Made by a program: the position numbers and the translations under genes. From positions 3,168,001 to 3,232,000 of the forward strand of contig CAVRAY010000001.1 of the NCBI GenBank assembly GCA_963719225.1: a stretch of 64,000 nt of DNA, read 5' to 3'. The notes under the pieces were generated by a model. The model was not told the DNA's origin. It made no database searches and saw nothing but the letters and a program-made list of their open reading frames with translations. Below, one piece after another: positions 48,273 to 59,729 of this stretch. Numbering within the stretch: the first letter of the stretch is position 1; each line of letters begins with the position of its first letter. This stretch comes from Thermoanaerobaculia bacterium (GTDB lineage: Bacteria; Acidobacteriota; Thermoanaerobaculia; UBA5066).

Positions 48273-49252
48273 AGTACACGACCCTCGGCCGCACGGGCGT
48301 CACGGTCTCGCGGCTCTGCCTCGGCTGCATGAGCTACGGAACGCCCGAATGGCGGCCATGGGTCCTCGACGAGAGCGCCGCGCAGCCATTCTTCCGCCGC
48401 GCCCTCGAGGCGGGGATCAACTTCTTCGACACCGCAGACATGTACTCGCTCGGCGTCAGCGAGGAGGTCACCGGCCGCGCGCTGCGCACGTACGGAAGGA
48501 TGGAAGAGATCGTTCTCGCGACGAAGGTCAATTTCCCCATGGCGCCGGGTCCGAACATGGGAGGGCTCTCGCGAAAGCACGTCGTGCAGGGTTGCGAAGC
48601 GAGCCTGAAGCGCCTCGGCGTCGAGACGATCGACCTCTACCAGATCCACCGCTTCGACCGCGCCGTGCCCCTCGACGAGACGCTCCTCGCGCTCGATCTC
48701 CTCGTGAAGCAGGGGAAGGTGCGCTTCATCGGCGCGAGCTCGGGGCCCGCGTACCGCTTCGCGAAGGCGCTCGCGCTTTCGGACGCGAAAGGGTGGGCGC
48801 GCTTCGCGTCCATGCAGAACCACTACAACCTCCTGTATCGGGAAGAGGAGCGCGAGATGATTCCCCTGTGCGAGGCGGACGGCATCGCGATCGTTCCGTG
48901 GTCTCCGCTCGCGCGTGGCCTCCTGGCGGGGACGCGAAAGAGCGCCGCCGATACGGCCGCGACGCCGCGCGCCGCCTCCGACGACTACGCCCGGAACCTC
49001 TACGACCATCCGTCGGACGACGCCGTGATCGACGCGGTCAAGAGCGTCGCGCACGCACGCGGCATCGAGCCCGCCGCCGTCGCGCTCGCCTGGCTGTTGT
49101 CCCGGCCCGCGGTCACCGCGCCGATCGTCGGCGCGACGAAGCTCGCGCACCTGGAGACGGCCCTCTCCGCTCTGGACGTCACGCTCGCCGACGAGGAGAT
49201 CCGCGCGCTCGAGGCCCCTTATCGCCCGCATGCGGTGCGCGGCTTCAAGTGA
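48269..49252 (+). CDS. Aldo/keto reductase
   Basis: LCLGCM, FFDTADMY, ATK, IDLYQIHRFD, PWSPLARG. Confidence 0.95.
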   Translation: MKYTTLGRTGVTVSRLCLGCMSYGTPEWRPWVLDESAAQPFFRRALEAGINFFDTADMYSLGVSEEVTGRALRTYGRMEEIVLATKVNFPMAPGPNMGGLSRKHVVQGCEASLKRLGVETIDLYQIHRFDRAVPLDETLLALDLLVKQGKVRFIGASSGPAYRFAKALALSDAKGWARFASMQNHYNLLYREEEREMIPLCEADGIAIVPWSPLARGLLAGTRKSAADTAATPRAASDDYARNLYDHPSDDAVIDAVKSVAHARGIEPAAVALAWLLSRPAVTAPIVGATKLAHLETALSALDVTLADEEIRALEAPYRPHAVRGFK

Positions 49253-50094
49253 CGCTCTTCGCCGGGTCGGCCTGGCTCGGCGCAATCGCCTTCCTCGCGG
49301 GCCTCGCGGTCGGATGGGCCGTGCGGGCGTTCCTCGCGCGCCGGTCCTCTGCTTCCGTGCGCGCGCTCGAGGAAGAGCTGAAACGCCGCGACGAGGAGCT
49401 GAAGGAAACCCAGACCCTTCTCGCCGAGACGTCGCTCACGGACTCTCTCACCGGCGCTCACAACCGGCGCTTCGTCGATGCCGCGATCGGAATGCTGCTC
49501 GCACCGGCCCGAAGGTTCTCGCGAGGAGGGGATCCGCCGCCGGAGCACGCCGTGCTGATGCTCGCCGAAGTCGACGACTACGACCGGATCGACGCGGGCA
49601 GCCGCGAGGCGGGAGACGCGCTCCTGCGCGACACCGTGCGCGCCCTTCAGCCGGTCGTGCGGGGCGGCACCGTAATCGCGCGCTGGACCGAGATCGCGTT
49701 CCTCGTCGTCGCGCGCATCCGGTTCGCCGGCGAGGCGCGTTCGCTCGCCATGCGCCTCCGGGCCGCGGTCGCCGAGAACGTGCGTACGCCCCCCGGACCC
49801 GGCGGGCGACCCGTGTCGCTTTCCCTCGGCTTCTCGATCGAGCCTCTTTCGCGCGCGCATCCCCATCTCGCCTCGTTCCGCGACCACCTCGGACTCGTCG
49901 ACGCCGCCCTGCGCCGCGCGCAGGCCCAGGGAGGGAACCGCGCCGTCGGCTGGCGCGTGAACGAGGACGCGCTGGAGCGCGCGATCGCCGCGCGGGGCGA
50001 AGCCGGTGTGGCGGCGCTGCTGCGCACCAACCCCGACGCCGCGGAGGCCGAAGGACTTCTGAGCCAGACCGTCGAGCGCCGCGACCCGGACTGA
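49249..50094 (+). CDS. Membrane-anchored degenerate GGDEF-domain protein
   Basis: TM, coiled coil, TDSLTGAHNRR, ARWTEIAF in place of RxGGDEF, SLG, D.AL..A...GGNR. Confidence 0.8.
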   Translation: MTLFAGSAWLGAIAFLAGLAVGWAVRAFLARRSSASVRALEEELKRRDEELKETQTLLAETSLTDSLTGAHNRRFVDAAIGMLLAPARRFSRGGDPPPEHAVLMLAEVDDYDRIDAGSREAGDALLRDTVRALQPVVRGGTVIARWTEIAFLVVARIRFAGEARSLAMRLRAAVAENVRTPPGPGGRPVSLSLGFSIEPLSRAHPHLASFRDHLGLVDAALRRAQAQGGNRAVGWRVNEDALERAIAARGEAGVAALLRTNPDAAEAEGLLSQTVERRDPD

Positions 50095-50098
50095 CTCA

Positions 50099-50204
50099 GC
50101 TAGCCCGCGGATCGCTTCGCGATCTGACCGAGAACAGGCGGGCTAGCATCTGCTAGCGGTGGGGGAAACACAGTCGGTGTTTCCCCCCGACCCCCTTCAC
50201 CGCT
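50099..50204. repeat. Double-hairpin palindromic intergenic element (REP-like or terminator)
   Basis: GCTAGCCCGC...GCGGGCTAGC and GGGGGAAACAC-AGTCG-GTGTTTCCCCC nested in AGCGGTG...CACCGCT. Confidence 0.55.
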
Positions 50205-50231
50205 CGAGAAACGCCAGTTTGTTGACGAGGA

Positions 50232-51215
50232 TTACTCAGACAGCCCCCTCGGCAGGAGCAGCACCTTCCCCGAGGTCTCGCGCGCCTCGAGCGCTCGGTG
50301 CGCCGCGGCGGCCTCGGCAAGCGGATAGGTGCGGTCGACGCGAACGGGAAGCGAACCGGCCTTCACCCAGGAGAGGACGTCTCCCGCGCGCGCGACGAGC
50401 TCCTCGCGGGAGGCGACGTAGTGGAAGAGCGAGGGCCGCGTCAGGAAGATCGAGCCCTTCTGGTTGAGGACCTGGGGATCGATGGGGCCGGCGGGGCCGC
50501 TCGACTGGCCGAAAAGCACCATCATCCCGCGCGGCGCGAGCACGTCCAGCCCCTTCTCGAACGTCGTCTTCCCCACCGAGTCGAAGACGGCCTGGACTCC
50601 CCGGCCGGACGTGAGGCGCTTCGTTTCGGCGACGAAATCCGTCCGGGTGTAGAGGATCACGTCGTCCGCCCCGGCCTCCCGCGCTCGCGCCGCCTTCTCC
50701 TCGGTCGAGACCGTCCCGATCACGCGGGCCCCGCGGTTTTTCGCGACGCGGCACAGGAGGAGCCCGACCCCTCCGGCAGCGGCCTGGACGAGGCACGTAT
50801 CCCCCGTCTTCAACGGGTACGTGGCGGTCGCGAGGTAGTGGGCTGTCATGCCCTGGAGCATCACGGCCGCGGCCTGCCGCATCGAGACGCCCTCCGGAAT
50901 CGCGACGAGGCGGCTTTCCGGAACGATCACCTTCTCCGCGTAGGCGCCTGCCGCATTCACGGTCGCGACACGGTCTCCTGCCTTCGAGCTGACGCCCGGC
51001 CCGACGCTCTCCACGACGCCCGCGACCTCGCCGCCTGGCGTGAACGGATATCCGGCGGACTTGTAGAGGCCGAGCCGGAAGTAGACCTCGATGAAATTGA
51101 CCCCGATCGCTTCGGCGCGGACGACGACCTCGCCCGCCTTCGGGGACGGATCGGCGACCTCTTCGAGGCGGAGCGCCTCCGGACCGCCGGGGCCGTGAAT
51201 GCGGATGGCCTTCAT
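50232..51215 (-). CDS. qor: NADPH:quinone oxidoreductase (zeta-crystallin/MDR)
   Basis: [39 protein letters not shown]. Confidence 0.92.
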   Translation of the reverse strand: MKAIRIHGPGGPEALRLEEVADPSPKAGEVVVRAEAIGVNFIEVYFRLGLYKSAGYPFTPGGEVAGVVESVGPGVSSKAGDRVATVNAAGAYAEKVIVPESRLVAIPEGVSMRQAAAVMLQGMTAHYLATATYPLKTGDTCLVQAAAGGVGLLLCRVAKNRGARVIGTVSTEEKAARAREAGADDVILYTRTDFVAETKRLTSGRGVQAVFDSVGKTTFEKGLDVLAPRGMMVLFGQSSGPAGPIDPQVLNQKGSIFLTRPSLFHYVASREELVARAGDVLSWVKAGSLPVRVDRTYPLAEAAAAHRALEARETSGKVLLLPRGLSE

Positions 51216-51250
51216 GGCCGGGAGTCTACGGCGGGCGCCCCGCCGCGGCG

Positions 51251-54200
51251 CTATTCGAAGTAGCCGTTGATGTCGATGACGAGTTCGACGACGCCGACGG
51301 ACTCGTTCAGGACGGCGATCGTCCCGGTCGCGTCCGTCGTGAGGCGCAGGATCGCGTTGTTCGCGCGCGTCCTACCCCGCGAGAAGCTGATGGCCGTCGC
51401 CGAGGGCGCGGTCCCCAGGTCTCCGGGATACACGTGGAGGGCCCCGCTCGCCGTCGGCAGGACGACCGTGAGATTTGCCGAGACGGCCTTCGCCGTCGGG
51501 GGGACGCCGCAAGCCGAGAGGAGGTTGAAGAACCTCAGGCCGTTCGCCTGGAGCGGCGGCGCGCCGAAGGGGCCCGCCGCGTTGCGCGTGTCGACCGCCC
51601 GGCACGGTGCGAGAGTCGAGAGTCCGCCACAGAGCGTCTGGACAGGAATGGAGGCCGAGCCGCTCGCCGAGCAGGCGCCCGAGACGACCGTGACGCCGAG
51701 CGTCGTCGTCCCGACCGCAGCGACGCTGAACGTGATCGACGCGGTGCCCTGCCCGCCCGTGATCGCGCCGTTCGTGATCGTCCACGCGTACGAGGCGCCG
51801 ACTCCCGCAGCGGGGACCGACGCCGTGCCGGTGTTTCCGCCCGCCAGGCAAACCCGCGAAGGAGCAGCGATCGCGGCGGAGACGGCGTTCACGACGGCCG
51901 TGGTCGAGCCGGCCGGGCCCGTGCAGCCGTTGACGGTCGCCGTCACGTAATAGACGCCCGCCGCGGCGCCCGGTGCGTTCGGGATGGACGGGTTCTGCAG
52001 AGCCGAGGTGAAGCCGTTCGGTCCCGTCCATGCGTACGTCGCGTTCGCGATCGTCGAGGCCGAAAGTGTCAGCGTGCCGCCGCCGCAAACGGGCCCGCCG
52101 TTCGAAGCGGCCGGCGCGGGCGGCGGGGAGCTCACGAGGACGGCCGTGCTCGCGGCCGTGGAGCAGCCGTTCACGGTCGCCGTCACGACGTAGGTTCCCG
52201 AAGCGGCGGCCGTCACGTTCGCAAGCGACGGATTTTGAAGGGTGGAGCTGAACCCGTTCGGACCCGTCCACGCGAACGTCGCGCCCGCCACGGTTGCCGC
52301 CGTGAGCGCGAGCGTCCCTCCCGCGCAGATCGGGCTGTTGCCGCCGGCCACGGGGACTTGCGGGGACGCTCTGACGAGCCCCGAAGTGCTCGCGGTGGAA
52401 ATCTCGCCCGCGTACGTCCGGGCCACCGTGTACGTTCCCGTCGCGGCCGGCGTCGCCGCTGCGATCACCGGATTCTGGAGCGGTGACGTGAAGCCGTTCG
52501 GGCCGGTCCATGAGAACGCCGCACCGGAGATGGAGGGTGAAGCGAAGAGCGCGAGCGGCGAGCCTGCACACATGGGCCCGCCGTTCGACGCGACGACCGG
52601 CGGCGCCGCCACGACGAACGTCGTGCTCGTCGAGATCGCGTAGCCGCTCAATGTGATCGTGAACGTGCCGGGGCCGGTGAACCGGAACGTCGTACCCTGG
52701 CAGCCCGTCCCAGAGCAGGTCGCAGGAGAGGCGGACGGGCCGAAACTCCAGAGCGTCGCGGGAGGCGGACTCGCGTCGATGGCCCCGTTGATGATCGCGT
52801 AGACGGTGATCGTGTCGCCGATGTTGGCCGGAATGCCGTCGGTGCAGAGGCCGCCGGGCCCGACACAGGGATTGACGCCATTCACACGTGCCGCGATGTA
52901 TGGCGGCGCGGGGGTGACGACGATTGGCCACGCGGTGGGGTCGGAGACGCCGGAGACTGCGGGAACCCAGGACGTCGCGAGTGGAGACGTGCACGACCCG
53001 GTCGTGCTGTACGAGTAGCGGATGCGCAGCCAGTAGGTGCCCGCGATCGATCCGGCCGGGATCGAGGCGGAGCCGAGGGTCCCGAGCGAGGAGCTGAGGG
53101 AAAGCGGCTGCCAGGTGGCCCCCGCGCAGAACCCCGCGGACGCGTCGCACAGGCTGTACTGCAGGCCGGGGCTGCACGAGGTGGCTCCCGCCGCCACGCT
53201 CGACCCGTCGGTCGCCGTCACCGAGTTGCCGGCGACGACCGTCGTCGCGACACCGGAGAACGCGAGAGACACGTCCGTGACGGAGAACGACCCGAGGCTC
53301 TGCGTGCAGTTCGGAGCGCCGGGGCAGTCGGGGCTCGTGTAGCCGGTCGGATACGGCACCGTGAGCCAGTAGTAGTACGTCCCCTTCGCGTCGTAAGGCG
53401 CAGGCGGCGCGCAAGTGCCGCCCGTGCAGGAGGGCGCGAGCGTGAGCGATGAAGGGCTCGCCCCGAAGTACCACTTGTACCCGGTCGAAAGAGGCGTGCC
53501 TTCGGCTCCGCTCTGGAGCTGCTGTCCGATCAGGATGTTCGGGTTCACGAGCCGCACAGCCGGCACCTTCCAGAGGAGCGGGAAGGTCTTCGTGCTCCCG
53601 GCGCCGAGATCGTTCGAGGCTTCGAGAGCGAGACTGAGTGACTTCGTCGTCCCGGCCACGGGGCTCGCGGCGAAGTCGCCGTTCGCGGTCACGGACGCCC
53701 AGCACCCGGTGCCCGTCGAAGGGACGCCGCCCGAGCGCGGATCACAGGGTCCGTAAAGCGAGATCGTGGCGGGAGGGTTTGCTCCCGAGCCGGGATACGC
53801 GAGATCGGGGTTCTTGAGGAGCGGGGCGGAGCCGTTGGCTTCCGACGGGGTGTGCCAGTCGAAATCGAAGCGCCAGTCCGTCAGCGAGTGAAGGGAGAAG
53901 GCCGTCGGCGTGATCCGGACTTTCGTGCCGACGAAGACGGCGTCTCCCGGGTTCAGCAGGCACGAGCCCGTGCCCGGACAATTGTCGTACACGACGGAGA
54001 GATCGTCGGTGGGAGGCGCGGGCACGGTGACGCACGACATCGAAAGCGCGTACGCCGTGTTTCCGGTCGCGAGGTACGCGTACACCGAGTTGCCGGCGGC
54101 GCCGAAGCCGCGCATGGCGTAGTTGAGGCCGAACGAGGGGTACGAGTTGGAGTTGATGTCGAACTGGCCCGGTGTCGCTCCCCAAACCGGTACGCTCGTG

Positions 54201-55285
54201 GAAAAGAGACGGTAAATGACCGGGGAGCCGAACTTCTTCGCCCACATGAGGGCGACGAGGGCGTTCCCGCTGCCGTTCGGAATGAGGGCCGAGACGCCTC
54301 CCGCGACCCAGGTTTCCCCGCTCGGCTGCGGGATGGTGAAGGTCTGCGGGTTCACGGTCTTGACGCCGCCCTTCACAGAAACGAGGGCGTACGAGAGGGG
54401 GTTCGAGAGCTCGACGAGGAGCCAGACCTTCGTCGAATCCGCGGGGTCCGTCGCCGCCGAGAAAGACGTCGGGACCCGGCCCCCGAAATCGGCGCTCGAG
54501 AGCGTGGTGAGCGCGAAGTTCCGGCTTATGTTCCCCACGGGACCGGGATTCGAAGCGTCGTAGATCCGGATCGTGTTTCCCGTGTCGAGATAGAGGACGT
54601 TGTTCCCGGCGACCGTCAGGTAGATGCCGCCCACGCCCTCGACCCGCTCGGAGCTCACGTTCGTGGGAGCGAGCGGCCCGGGGATGTTCGTGACGTCGGC
54701 GACCGAGAGCGCTCCCCACAGGTAGGTGAGCGAGTACGCGAGGTAGCGGCTCCCGACGCTCTGCACGACCGTCGCCGCGTTGCGCGGCGTGAAGCCGGCC
54801 GCCATGGAATTGAAACCGAGCCCGTTCGCCGTTGCCGCAACCGATCCGTACGCAGGCGAAGCGTTGCCCATCAGGCCGAGCGCGAGGCGCGCTCCGTCGG
54901 GAGAGACGCCGACCGAACCGACGTAGCTCTGGCCGTCACCGACGGCAGCAATCCCGTCATTGAAACGCGTGTCGTTGTAGAGAAGGGCCGTCGGGCTCGC
55001 GGGGTTCGCCAGATCGAGCACCGAGTAGCCGAAGGTCTCGATCATCACGAGGCGCCGCGAGGCCCCGCTCGAGTAGAGCTGCACGTCGCTGTTGTGGCCG
55101 CCATAGAGATTCCACGGTCGAGCGGCCCCCGGGGGGCTCGGCTCGAACGCGAGCGGCGGGGAGACGAGCGTGCACTGTGCCTCGGCTGGTCCGCCAGGTA
55201 CGGCGATCAGGGCGGCGATCACGAGTAATCCCGCGAACGCGCGCTTCGCGAGGCAGGAGGTGTTCGACTTCAGACGCATTTCCAT
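51251..55285 (-). CDS. Large exported surface protein: LVIVD-like N-region, Cys-containing beta domains, three Ig-like GPNGF repeats, conserved C-terminal domain
   Basis: Signal peptide ending AEA-QC; repeats SNGGP.C.G..L.L.A....A...[12 protein letters not shown]; tail PCRAVDTR...[11 protein letters not shown]. Confidence 0.85.
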   Translation of the reverse strand: MEMRLKSNTSCLAKRAFAGLLVIAALIAVPGGPAEAQCTLVSPPLAFEPSPPGAARPWNLYGGHNSDVQLYSSGASRRLVMIETFGYSVLDLANPASPTALLYNDTRFNDGIAAVGDGQSYVGSVGVSPDGARLALGLMGNASPAYGSVAATANGLGFNSMAAGFTPRNAATVVQSVGSRYLAYSLTYLWGALSVADVTNIPGPLAPTNVSSERVEGVGGIYLTVAGNNVLYLDTGNTIRIYDASNPGPVGNISRNFALTTLSSADFGGRVPTSFSAATDPADSTKVWLLVELSNPLSYALVSVKGGVKTVNPQTFTIPQPSGETWVAGGVSALIPNGSGNALVALMWAKKFGSPVIYRLFSTSVPVWGATPGQFDINSNSYPSFGLNYAMRGFGAAGNSVYAYLATGNTAYALSMSCVTVPAPPTDDLSVVYDNCPGTGSCLLNPGDAVFVGTKVRITPTAFSLHSLTDWRFDFDWHTPSEANGSAPLLKNPDLAYPGSGANPPATISLYGPCDPRSGGVPSTGTGCWASVTANGDFAASPVAGTTKSLSLALEASNDLGAGSTKTFPLLWKVPAVRLVNPNILIGQQLQSGAEGTPLSTGYKWYFGASPSSLTLAPSCTGGTCAPPAPYDAKGTYYYWLTVPYPTGYTSPDCPGAPNCTQSLGSFSVTDVSLAFSGVATTVVAGNSVTATDGSSVAAGATSCSPGLQYSLCDASAGFCAGATWQPLSLSSSLGTLGSASIPAGSIAGTYWLRIRYSYSTTGSCTSPLATSWVPAVSGVSDPTAWPIVVTPAPPYIAARVNGVNPCVGPGGLCTDGIPANIGDTITVYAIINGAIDASPPPATLWSFGPSASPATCSGTGCQGTTFRFTGPGTFTITLSGYAISTSTTFVVAAPPVVASNGGPMCAGSPLALFASPSISGAAFSWTGPNGFTSPLQNPVIAAATPAATGTYTVARTYAGEISTASTSGLVRASPQVPVAGGNSPICAGGTLALTAATVAGATFAWTGPNGFSSTLQNPSLANVTAAASGTYVVTATVNGCSTAASTAVLVSSPPPAPAASNGGPVCGGGTLTLSASTIANATYAWTGPNGFTSALQNPSIPNAPGAAAGVYYVTATVNGCTGPAGSTTAVVNAVSAAIAAPSRVCLAGGNTGTASVPAAGVGASYAWTITNGAITGGQGTASITFSVAAVGTTTLGVTVVSGACSASGSASIPVQTLCGGLSTLAPCRAVDTRNAAGPFGAPPLQANGLRFFNLLSACGVPPTAKAVSANLTVVLPTASGALHVYPGDLGTAPSATAISFSRGRTRANNAILRLTTDATGTIAVLNESVGVVELVIDINGYFE

Positions 55286-55562
55286 GAGCAACAAGGCTTT
55301 ACAAGGCAAGGGGGATGCCACACGGCGACGGGAATCGTCTCGATACGTCATCGAATTTCCGGGTCTCGTTGGAAGTGAAATGACCCAACAGCATAACGCC
55401 TGCGTGAGCGCTCTCACGTCCGCGAAGCGAAAAAGGGGCTACCGTGAACCCATGGCCCGGTTCGCCTCCCGACATTTCTTGGTGGACGCGCCCATGGAAC
55501 TGACGAAAAAACGGAGGGAAGCCTAAGATCGTCCGCCCGTTCCCGGGCGTGAGAGGGACGCC

Positions 55563-56954
55563 ATGGCGACACGGATCGAGAAGGACACGATGGGAGAGAT
55601 CGCGGTCGCGGCCGACCGCTACTGGGGCGCGCAGACGCAGCGCTCTCTCCAGAACTTCGAGATCGGCGAGATCCGATTCACGCGCCCGATGATCAAGGCG
55701 TTCGGCATCCTGAAGGAGGCCGCCGCCCAGGTGAACCAGGAGCTCGGCCTCCTGCCGGACGATCGCGCGAAGCTCATCGCGGCCGCCGCGCAGGAGGTCA
55801 TCGACGGGAAGCTCGATGCGCACTTCCCTCTCGTCATCTTTCAGACGGGAAGCGGCACGCAGACGAACATGAACGTGAACGAGGTCATCTCGAACCGCGC
55901 GATCGAGCTGGCGGGCGGAGCCCTGGGCTCGAAGAAGCCCGTCCACCCGAACGACGACGTGAACAGGTCGCAGTCCTCGAACGACACGTTTCCGACGGCG
56001 ATGCACATCGCGGCCGTCTCCGAGATCGAGGAGAGGCTGCTGCCGGAGGTCCGGAGGCTGCGCGACGTGCTCGACGGAAAGGCCCGCGAGTTCAAGGACG
56101 TCGTGAAAATCGGCCGCACGCACCTCCAGGACGCCGTGCCCCTGACGCTCGGCCAGGAGATCTCCGGCTGGGTGTCGCAGCTCGACCACGGGATCGCGCA
56201 CCTGAGGCAGGCGCTCCCCCACCTTCTCGAGCTCGCGATCGGCGGCACCGCCGTCGGCACCGGCCTCAACACGCATCCCGAGTACGCCGTGAGGGTCGCC
56301 AAGCGCGTCGCGGAGATGACCGGCCATCCGTTCGTCTCGGCGCCGAACAAGTTCGAGGCGCTCGCGGCGCACGACGCGCTCGCGTTCGCTTCCGGCGCGC
56401 TGCGCACCCTCGCGGGCTCGCTGATGAAGATCGCGAACGACGTGCGCTGGCTCGCCTCCGGCCCGCGCTGCGGCATCGGCGAGCTCCGCATCCCGGAGAA
56501 CGAGCCGGGAAGCTCGATCATGCCGGGCAAGGTGAACCCGACCCAGTCCGAGGCCCTCACGATGGTCGTCGTCCAGGTCTACGGCAACGACGCCGCCGTC
56601 GCGTTCGCCGCGAGCCAGGGGAACTTCGACCTGCACGTCTTCAAGCCCGTGATGATCCACAACGTGCTCGAGTCGACGAGGCTCCTCGCGGACGCCTGTC
56701 GGAGCTTCCGCATCCACTGCGCCGAGGGGCTCGAGGCCGATCGCACGCGCATCGACGAGCTCATGAAGAAGTCGCTCATGCTCGTCACGGCGTTGAATCC
56801 CCACATCGGGTACGACAAGTCGGCCGCGATCGCGAAAAAGGCCCACGCGGAAGGCCTGACCCTCAAGGAGGCCGCCCTCGGTCTGGGGTACGTCACGGCC
56901 GAGCAGTTCGACGCGTGGATCGATCCCTCGAAGATGGTGGGGCCTGGCGACTAG
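55563..56954 (+). CDS. fumC: Fumarate hydratase class II
   Basis: [44 protein letters not shown]. Confidence 0.98.
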   Translation: MATRIEKDTMGEIAVAADRYWGAQTQRSLQNFEIGEIRFTRPMIKAFGILKEAAAQVNQELGLLPDDRAKLIAAAAQEVIDGKLDAHFPLVIFQTGSGTQTNMNVNEVISNRAIELAGGALGSKKPVHPNDDVNRSQSSNDTFPTAMHIAAVSEIEERLLPEVRRLRDVLDGKAREFKDVVKIGRTHLQDAVPLTLGQEISGWVSQLDHGIAHLRQALPHLLELAIGGTAVGTGLNTHPEYAVRVAKRVAEMTGHPFVSAPNKFEALAAHDALAFASGALRTLAGSLMKIANDVRWLASGPRCGIGELRIPENEPGSSIMPGKVNPTQSEALTMVVVQVYGNDAAVAFAASQGNFDLHVFKPVMIHNVLESTRLLADACRSFRIHCAEGLEADRTRIDELMKKSLMLVTALNPHIGYDKSAAIAKKAHAEGLTLKEAALGLGYVTAEQFDAWIDPSKMVGPGD

Positions 56955-57075
56955 ACACGGAGCGGGCGGACGGCTCGTCGAGGCCCGGGTCGTCCTCGCC
57001 CTCGTCGGCCTTGCGACGCTCACGGGCCGCGCCGCGCCCGTCGAGACGCGCTTCGAGGTTCGCGCGCCCGAAGGA

Positions 57076-58431
57076 ATGGTCACGGGGAGAGTGCGCCTTC
57101 AGGCGGTGACGCGCGACGGCGATGTCGCGTTCGTGAAGTGGCAGATCGAGGACTGGTCGCGGACCACCCCGCGCCCGTTCGAGGTCTTCCTCGACGTGGG
57201 GCCCCTGCCACACGAGAAGAACGTCGTCGCGCTCGCCCTCGACCGCGACCGCAGCCCGCTCTACCGCGTCGAGACCCTTCTCAACGCGGGGGGCCGAAGG
57301 CTCACGCTGCAGTTTCTCGTGCCGCTCGACGGCCAGCGCGTCTCGGGACCCGTGACGGCGCTCCTGCGCGCGGTCGCGCCGGCCGCCGACGCGCTGGCCT
57401 CGGTCACGCTCGACGTCGACGGGCGGAACGTCTCCCTCGAGGGCGACGGGGACGTCCGCAGCGCGTCCGTTCACGTGCCCGCCTCACCGGCCGTTCTCAC
57501 CGCGCGCGTGAAGACGGCGCTCGGCCGCTCCGCCGAGCGCTCGATCCTCCTGAACGGCCGCGGCCTGCAGGCTTCCCTCGACGCCCACGTCGTCGAGCAG
57601 ATGGTTGCCGTCGTCAAGAACGGCGAGCCCGTGGAGAACCTCCACGTCGGCGACTTCACGGTGAAAGACGACCGCGGGACGTGCGAGATCCGCGAAGCGC
57701 GTCTCGTGCGCGAGGGAAGCCTCGCGATCGGGATCGCGATCGACACGTCCCAGAGCCTTCTCTACACGCAGGAGCTCCGCAACACCGTCGCGCACCGGTT
57801 CCTCGCGTCGCTCGGGCCGCGGGATACGGCATTTCTCCAGCGGTTCGGGGTGACCGTGGGTCACGTCCTCGACTGGACGACGTCGCGCCCGTCTCTCGAG
57901 GAAGCCGTTCTCGGGCTCGGGGAGGACCCGGTTCCCGGGACGCTGTTGCACGCCGCCGTCGTCGATGCCCTTTATCAGCTCCGGGGAGGCGAAGGCGCGC
58001 GCGCCCTCCTGCTCGTCACGGACGGAAACGCCTTCGAGGACGACGTCACCGAACAGCACGCCCTCGCGTTCGCGCGCCAGGCCGGCGTCCCGATTTTCGC
58101 CCTGGCCCTCCCGTGGATCGTGGAGATCCGGAGCGTGAAGAGGCACACGGACGAAGAGGGAAAGCCCGTCGAGGAGGTGATCGTCAGACGCGTGACGCAG
58201 CCTCCGAACCGCGCCGTGCTCGACCGCTTCACGACCGCGACCGGCGGACGGACGTACGTCGTCCCGAGCGCGGGCGACCTGAACGACATCTTCGCGAAGC
58301 TCGAACGCGACCTCAGGACGCGCTACCTCGTCTCGTTCGTGAGCAATGCGAAGCGCACCGGCTCCTTCCACCCCGTCGAGATCCGCGCCGCGCGCGGCAC
58401 CGTTCGCACGGCCGCGGGCTTTCTGTACTAG
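57076..58431 (+). CDS. Ig-like plus VWA-domain exported protein (true start probably upstream, see findings)
   Basis: MIDAS DTSQS, LVTDG, ATGG, DLRTRYLVSF. Confidence 0.82.
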   Translation: MVTGRVRLQAVTRDGDVAFVKWQIEDWSRTTPRPFEVFLDVGPLPHEKNVVALALDRDRSPLYRVETLLNAGGRRLTLQFLVPLDGQRVSGPVTALLRAVAPAADALASVTLDVDGRNVSLEGDGDVRSASVHVPASPAVLTARVKTALGRSAERSILLNGRGLQASLDAHVVEQMVAVVKNGEPVENLHVGDFTVKDDRGTCEIREARLVREGSLAIGIAIDTSQSLLYTQELRNTVAHRFLASLGPRDTAFLQRFGVTVGHVLDWTTSRPSLEEAVLGLGEDPVPGTLLHAAVVDALYQLRGGEGARALLLVTDGNAFEDDVTEQHALAFARQAGVPIFALALPWIVEIRSVKRHTDEEGKPVEEVIVRRVTQPPNRAVLDRFTTATGGRTYVVPSAGDLNDIFAKLERDLRTRYLVSFVSNAKRTGSFHPVEIRAARGTVRTAAGFLY

Positions 58432-58524
58432 TAAAGATGGAACGACCGGCCCAATTCGCGAGGCCGTAGATTACGCCGCGAGTTGGAGTCGTAGCGCAGA
58501 GCTACACGCGAAAGGAGCCGGTCG

Positions 58525-59669
58525 ATGAAGAAGAATATCCGATACGTGGGACTGGACGTGCACGCCGAGACGATCGCGGTAGCGGTGGCCGAGGTGGGCG
58601 GAGAGGTGCGATCGCTCGGGACGATTCCGAATCGGCTCGAGTCCGTGCGTAGGCTCGTCAAGAAGCTCGGAGTGTCCGAGAGTCTTCGCGTCTGCTACGA
58701 GGCGGGGCCGACGGGATACGTGCTTTACTGGCAGCTGAGCGAGCTGGGCGTGGCCTGTGAGGTCGTGGCTCCGAGCCTCGTGCCGACCAAGCCTGGCGAC
58801 CGGGTGAAAACCGACCGAAGGGACGCCGAGAAGCTGGCCAGAAGCTACCGCAGCGGCGACCTGACCGCGGTCTGGGTGCCGGATGGCGCGCACGAGGCGC
58901 TGCGAGACCTCGTTCGTGCCCGAGAAGCGGCTACCCAGGACCGTCTCAGAGCACAGCAGCGGCTCAAGAAGTTCCTGCTTCGGCGCGGCCAGCGCGCCCC
59001 CGAGGGAATCGGGAGTTGGACGCTGAAATACCACGAGTGGATGAGGGCGCACGTGCGCTTCGATCATCCGGCCCAGGATGCGACTTTCTGGACTACCTCT
59101 GCGAGGTCGAGCATGCCGTCGAGCGCATTCAGAGACTGGAGAGGGCCATCGACCAGGCGATGGAGGGTGTTCCGGAGCGGATGCGCGCCGTCATCGATGC
59201 CCTGCAATGCCTGCGAGGCGTGGCCAAGATCGCCGCCGTGACGATCGTGGCCGAGCTCGGCGAGCTGTCGCGCTTCGAGAGGCCCCGGCAGCTGATGGGC
59301 TACGGCGGCATCGTCCCGAGCGAGCATTCCACGGGCGGCAAGGCCCGGCGTGGCGCCATCACGAAGACAGGCAACGCCCATCTCAGACGAATCGTCGTGG
59401 AAGCAGCCTTCCCCTATCGACACCGGCCGGCGATCGGTTTCGCGCTCCGCAAGAGACAAGAGGGACAGAGCGAAGACGTCAAGGAGATCGCCTGGAAAGC
59501 CCAGCACCGCTTACACGGTCGCTACCGAAAGCTCCAGGCCAGAGGCAAGCCGCAGCAGCACGTCGTCACGGCCATCGGCCGGGAGCTCCTGGGCTTCATC
59601 TGGGCCATCGGAGTGAGAGTCGAGCGGAGGTTTCAGACCAGGGCCACGGGTCGTCGGACCGCGGCGTAG
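58525..59669 (+). pseudogene. IS110 recombinase/transposase (DEDD RuvC plus Tnp20), split by a 1-nt frameshift near 59085
   Basis: GLDVH, CYEAG, KTDRRDA in one frame; GIVPSEHSTGG, ITKTGN..LR...VEAA in the next; GCGACTTTCTGGACTAC needs +1 nt to read ATFLDY. Confidence 0.9.
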
Positions 59670-59729
59670 ACAAGGAAAGAAACGGAGATCAGACGAAGTT
59701 GAGGCGAGCAGCCAGCGGCCGAGAGGCCC

